This document shows, in pieces, positions 8,195-10,817 of a DNA stretch of 10,817 nucleotides. Under the pieces are notes generated by a model. It was given only the letters and a program-made list of their open reading frames with translations, was not told the DNA's origin and searched no databases. The stretch is from Candidatus Thorarchaeota archaeon (GTDB lineage Archaea; Asgardarchaeota; Thorarchaeia; Thorarchaeales; Thorarchaeaceae). A program made the translations under genes and the position numbers. The stretch is taken from positions 1-10,817 of the forward strand of contig JBHLRP010000081.1 of the NCBI GenBank assembly GCA_048882485.1, given 5' to 3'. Every line of letters starts with the position of its first letter. Within the stretch, counting starts at the first letter, position 1.

Positions 8195-9415
8195 CTAGGG
8201 TGCAACTGGTATGGTTCCAATGACCCCTTCGACAAACCAGTCTATTGTCAGAAGAGTCCCCATGTCAGCACGTTCTCCATCTGCCAGCCACTGTGTTCCA
8301 TTCTTGTAGTTCATTGGTCCAGAGTATGGATCGAAAACAACATTGGGATTCTTCATCTGTGCTATCCTTGCCATGACAAGGTCGTATACGCTGATGGTGC
8401 CTAGAAGGGGATCTGTCACATCGATGGCCTTGAGGGCATCCTCAAACAAGGGGTTGATTGGGACTCCAAACTCGCCGCCAAGATCGATACCGCCCTCTTG
8501 TAGCAACCAGAGATAGTCGACATTTTCAAGATTTGTGTTAGTGTATTGACCAAGGTATATCTTCTGGATTATGTCATCGTAAATCACGCCCCAGTCAGCC
8601 AACTGACCACTAATGGTGCTCGTTGGCGCATAAGACTGCATAGGTGAATAGTGACTGAAGACATACACACCATCTGTCCCGTTTGCTACAAGTGGCACAG
8701 CTGTGGAATCCTCGGTGAAAGCAAGCATGTCAACACCATCTCCCACGAGTTCATTGGCTGCAGTGGTGGCTGCCTCTGGATCAAACCAGTCTGTCTGAAG
8801 CCATTTCACATCAACTGTAGCCGAGGCATTGACTTCTTTCGCGCCAATAGCGAATGCGTTGATGTGTCTGATAAGCTCCGGAAGCGGAAATGCTGCAACA
8901 TAACCTAGTTGCCCTGACTGGGTGAGTGCACCAGCCATCAGTCCGTTCAGATAGTAAAGCTGATAGAAGTCTGCAAAGTAGGTACCTACATTATCACTTC
9001 TTAGATACCCCGAGCAATGGAAGAATATCTTATCCGGATGCCGACTTCCAGCTGCAATTGTTGCATCCATGAAACCAAAGGATGTCGTGAAGACAACATC
9101 ACAGCCTTCATTTTCAATTAGAAAGTCTATCTTTTCTCCTGCTTCAGCCTCATCTACCGATTCCAAATACGTTGTGTTGAGCCAATCGTACTTGTCATCA
9201 ATATATCGTCGTCCCACATCATGGGCATTGGTCCAACCATAGTCGCCTATTGGTCCGACATAGATGAAGCCAGCCTTCAGAGTTTGCATAGCAGGTCCCC
9301 CATCACCTCCATCATCTGGGGGTACGCTGAAAACAACAAAGCCAGCTCCAAGACCAATGCCGACACCCACTATTAAGAGAATGATGGGCACGACAACCGT
9401 TCTTGTACTACTCAT
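8195..9415 (-). CDS. BMP family (PnrA/BmpA-like) ABC transporter substrate-binding protein, probably for purines/nucleosides
   Basis: KAGFIYVGPIGDYGWTNAHDVGR, VFTTSFGFMD, YLNGLMAG and LGYVAAFPLPELIRHINAFAIGA motifs. N-terminal hydrophobic anchor with no lipobox Cys. RBS GAGGAGTGAT at 9421-9430. Confidence 0.93.
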   Translation of the reverse strand: MSSTRTVVVPIILLIVGVGIGLGAGFVVFSVPPDDGGDGGPAMQTLKAGFIYVGPIGDYGWTNAHDVGRRYIDDKYDWLNTTYLESVDEAEAGEKIDFLIENEGCDVVFTTSFGFMDATIAAGSRHPDKIFFHCSGYLRSDNVGTYFADFYQLYYLNGLMAGALTQSGQLGYVAAFPLPELIRHINAFAIGAKEVNASATVDVKWLQTDWFDPEAATTAANELVGDGVDMLAFTEDSTAVPLVANGTDGVYVFSHYSPMQSYAPTSTISGQLADWGVIYDDIIQKIYLGQYTNTNLENVDYLWLLQEGGIDLGGEFGVPINPLFEDALKAIDVTDPLLGTISVYDLVMARIAQMKNPNVVFDPYSGPMNYKNGTQWLADGERADMGTLLTIDWFVEGVIGTIPVAP

Positions 9416-9570
9416 TCAAAATCACTCCTCTTCATGCACAGCATGGACTGAGGTCTTGTTTCTCAGAACAACCTCTAACAAACCATGGCATCTCACGCCT
9501 AAATATCTTGTCAGAACTGCTCAATCAATCATTTGAATGAAAGAAACGACTGAATCCCCAAAACGCAGGA

Positions 9571-9793
9571 AAGCCGCTCAAGTCTTAGCTCCAACAGAGG
9601 TCGATTCTTCTCGTCCAGTCGGGCTACCTTTTTCGCGCCTTATACTATCGAACTAGTATTTCGACACATAGCCTAACCATTCGCCAACCTGTTCTTGTAC
9701 CGTCTTTATCGCTTGATCACTTTCGGTTGGGTCCGTGACCTAGCTCGGTACGAAGAGCCCAGACGCTATTGGTAGGCGCCTCTTGAGCGGCTT
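9571..9793 (-). ncRNA. Candidate structured non-coding RNA (~223 nt), class unknown
   Basis: 12-bp perfect terminal helix (9571-9582 with 9782-9793), five internal stems and a 6-bp pseudoknot. About 8 G-U pairs work on the - strand only. TATA-like TTATTA at -24..-29 and a U-rich tail. No ORF-track ORF overlaps it. Confidence 0.6.
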
Positions 9794-9816
9794 AACTATA
9801 GTAAAGCAACTTCCGC

Positions 9817-9822
9817 TAATAA
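9817..9822 (-). promoter_or_regulatory. Putative archaeal TATA box for the candidate ncRNA
   Basis: The - strand reads (CC)TTATTA, ending 23 nt before the first base of the terminal helix (9793), which is canonical archaeal spacing. Confidence 0.45.
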
Positions 9823-9927
9823 GGTCTGAGATGTCTGCACATATCTGAGTTTAGGTACTAGAATTACTCCATTTCGCAAATATCTGAACATTGATAGGAT
9901 GGACATGTAAGTTCCTGATCGATTTTG

Positions 9928-10413
9928 ATGAAGGTCTTCAAACCTCTGGTTGCATTTCTGACTCTGCTCGTCATAACATCGATAATTGCTGGACTGCTAT
10001 TCCCAGATGTTGTTTCGGTTCTGAGCTATTCTTCAACGATGTTTCTCATGGTATGCTTTGCCAATGCGGCACACTTCCTTGAAGAAACCTACACAAAAGC
10101 ATGGGAGGTCGAAGGTCAACTCAGAATGAACCCCGATGGCACTCCAAAGGAATCACTCTATGACAAGGCATTCTTTGTGACATTCTCACATTCCATTGTG
10201 CTCCTGAGTTTCTTGTTCTATTTCCCCATTGCCAATGGTGATTCTTGGGCATTGCTATTCGGTCTGGGTGTATCATTCAATGGCATCCTCAACGGAGCGG
10301 TCCATCTTGGAATCCTTGCTAAATTCAGGAGGAACACAGGGGTGGTTTCAGGGCTTTTTCAATTGATATTTGGCTCCTTAGTAATAGCTTCCCTGTTTAT
10401 TCCCATTCTGTGA
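9928..10413 (+). CDS. HXXEE domain-containing integral membrane protein
   Basis: AHFLEE (HxxEE), NGAVH (NxxxH) and a YNPG-like RNTGVVSG motif; about 5 hydrophobic helices. TTG 9925 or ATG 9928 start. Confidence 0.78.
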   Translation: MKVFKPLVAFLTLLVITSIIAGLLFPDVVSVLSYSSTMFLMVCFANAAHFLEETYTKAWEVEGQLRMNPDGTPKESLYDKAFFVTFSHSIVLLSFLFYFPIANGDSWALLFGLGVSFNGILNGAVHLGILAKFRRNTGVVSGLFQLIFGSLVIASLFIPIL

Positions 10414-10473
10414 AACAGCACATCATGTCCGCTTTCAAGGTTCTCCCCAAAACTCAAGTCATTTCCAGCTGAA

Positions 10474-10817
10474 ATGACACCAATTATGTCGATTCATGAC
10501 TTGGATGCAGAGGAAATTGACCTTGTTGAGCCTATCTGTCTTGACCCTAGTGTTCCCAAGAAGTGGAAGGAAGCCATGGCTCCGTGTATGGAGCATAGGA
10601 AGGATTGGCTCAGAGATATGATGAAACAGAAACTTGGTGTGACCATCGCCCTTGGTCCCAAAGGCGGAAAGAAGGGGCTGATAGAGTATTGTCCCCTAGA
10701 GCTTGCATCAGAACCTATCACAAAAGGAAACTCACTCTTCATAAATTGCATGTGGGTCGTACCTCCATCATGGCACAGTGGAATCGCAAAGGCTCTGTTG
10801 AGTCATGTCATTGAGAA
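10474..10817 (+). CDS. GNAT family N-acetyltransferase (YoaP-like), 3'-truncated by the window edge
   Basis: Not in the ORF track. Open frame from ATG 10474 (or 10486) to the window end: MTPIMSIHDLDAEEIDLVEPICLDP...RKDWLRDMM...GLIEYCPLELASEPITKGNSLFINCMWVVPPSWHSGIAKALLSHVIE. The GxIEYxP, INCxWV and motif-A-like xxxGxAKALL patterns fit YoaP-like GNATs. Confidence 0.75.
   Translation, partial: MTPIMSIHDLDAEEIDLVEPICLDPSVPKKWKEAMAPCMEHRKDWLRDMMKQKLGVTIALGPKGGKKGLIEYCPLELASEPITKGNSLFINCMWVVPPSWHSGIAKALLSHVIE

Noticed and set aside
9670-9781. HDV-like ribozyme (GGCGAAUGG matches HDV J4/2) or lysine riboswitch (AGAGGCGC after P1)
   Set aside because: I could not build the nested P1/P2/P3/P1.1 topology. 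The lysine riboswitch loop-E and kissing-loop elements are missing.
9571-9793. MITE with 12-bp terminal inverted repeats, or a retron msr-msd with a1/a2 repeats
   Set aside because: No target-site duplication (flanks GCAGGA and AACTAT), no transposase or reverse transcriptase in the window, and no long msd-type hairpin. Not fully excluded without a genome-wide copy search.
9566-9795. RNase P RNA on the + strand (CAGGAAAGCCGC ... GCGGCTTA resembles the P4 strands)
   Set aside because: The universally bulged U of P4 and the ACAnAA before the 3' P4 strand are absent, no P1/P2 is evident, and the internal stems need G-U pairs on the opposite strand.
10411-10473. HXXEE and GNAT genes are in the same frame, separated only by one TGA and 20 sense codons (possible readthrough or selenocysteine fusion)
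   Set aside because: A stop-free in-frame gap this short is expected by chance fairly often. The HXXEE protein ends naturally after its last TM helix and no SECIS-like element was seen.
149-10814. Numerous short alternative ORFs from the six-frame track (e.g. 149-496, 1987-2421, 2049-2504, 3060-3383, 5069-5551, 8147-8404, 9264-9536, 10494-10751, 10605-10814)
   Set aside because: All are antisense or out-of-frame shadows of well-supported genes, with no recognisable motifs.
1-10817. CRISPR array, tRNA, rRNA, transposase or integrase
   Set aside because: No regularly spaced direct repeats, cloverleaf or mobile-element protein motifs were seen.

Overview
Probably an archaeal chromosomal segment. 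The evidence is strong GGAGG(TGA) ribosome-binding sites, TATA-like promoters and a substrate-binding protein anchored by a helix with no lipobox; the gene content is compatible with an anaerobic Asgard/Thorarchaeia-like lineage (inference only). The + strand carries the 3' end of an MvhD/FlpD-type hydrogenase Fe-S subunit gene, translationally coupled to an unusual ~755-aa protein with two duplicated winged-helix modules and a C-terminal 2x[4Fe-4S] ferredoxin domain. An acyl-CoA dehydrogenase and a small cupin follow. The - strand carries a four-gene BMP/CUT2-type (nucleoside/simple sugar) ABC importer operon with an internal hairpin terminator after the binding-protein gene. At the right end are an HXXEE-family membrane protein and a truncated YoaP-like GNAT acetyltransferase. 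The most notable unannotated element is a ~223-nt intergenic region (9571-9793). It is closed by a perfect 12-bp terminal helix, folds almost entirely into stems with a likely pseudoknot, and has G-U pairs that work only on the - strand. It also has a TATA box at the canonical distance and a U-rich 3' tail, so it is a candidate stand-alone structured ncRNA that I could not assign to a known class.
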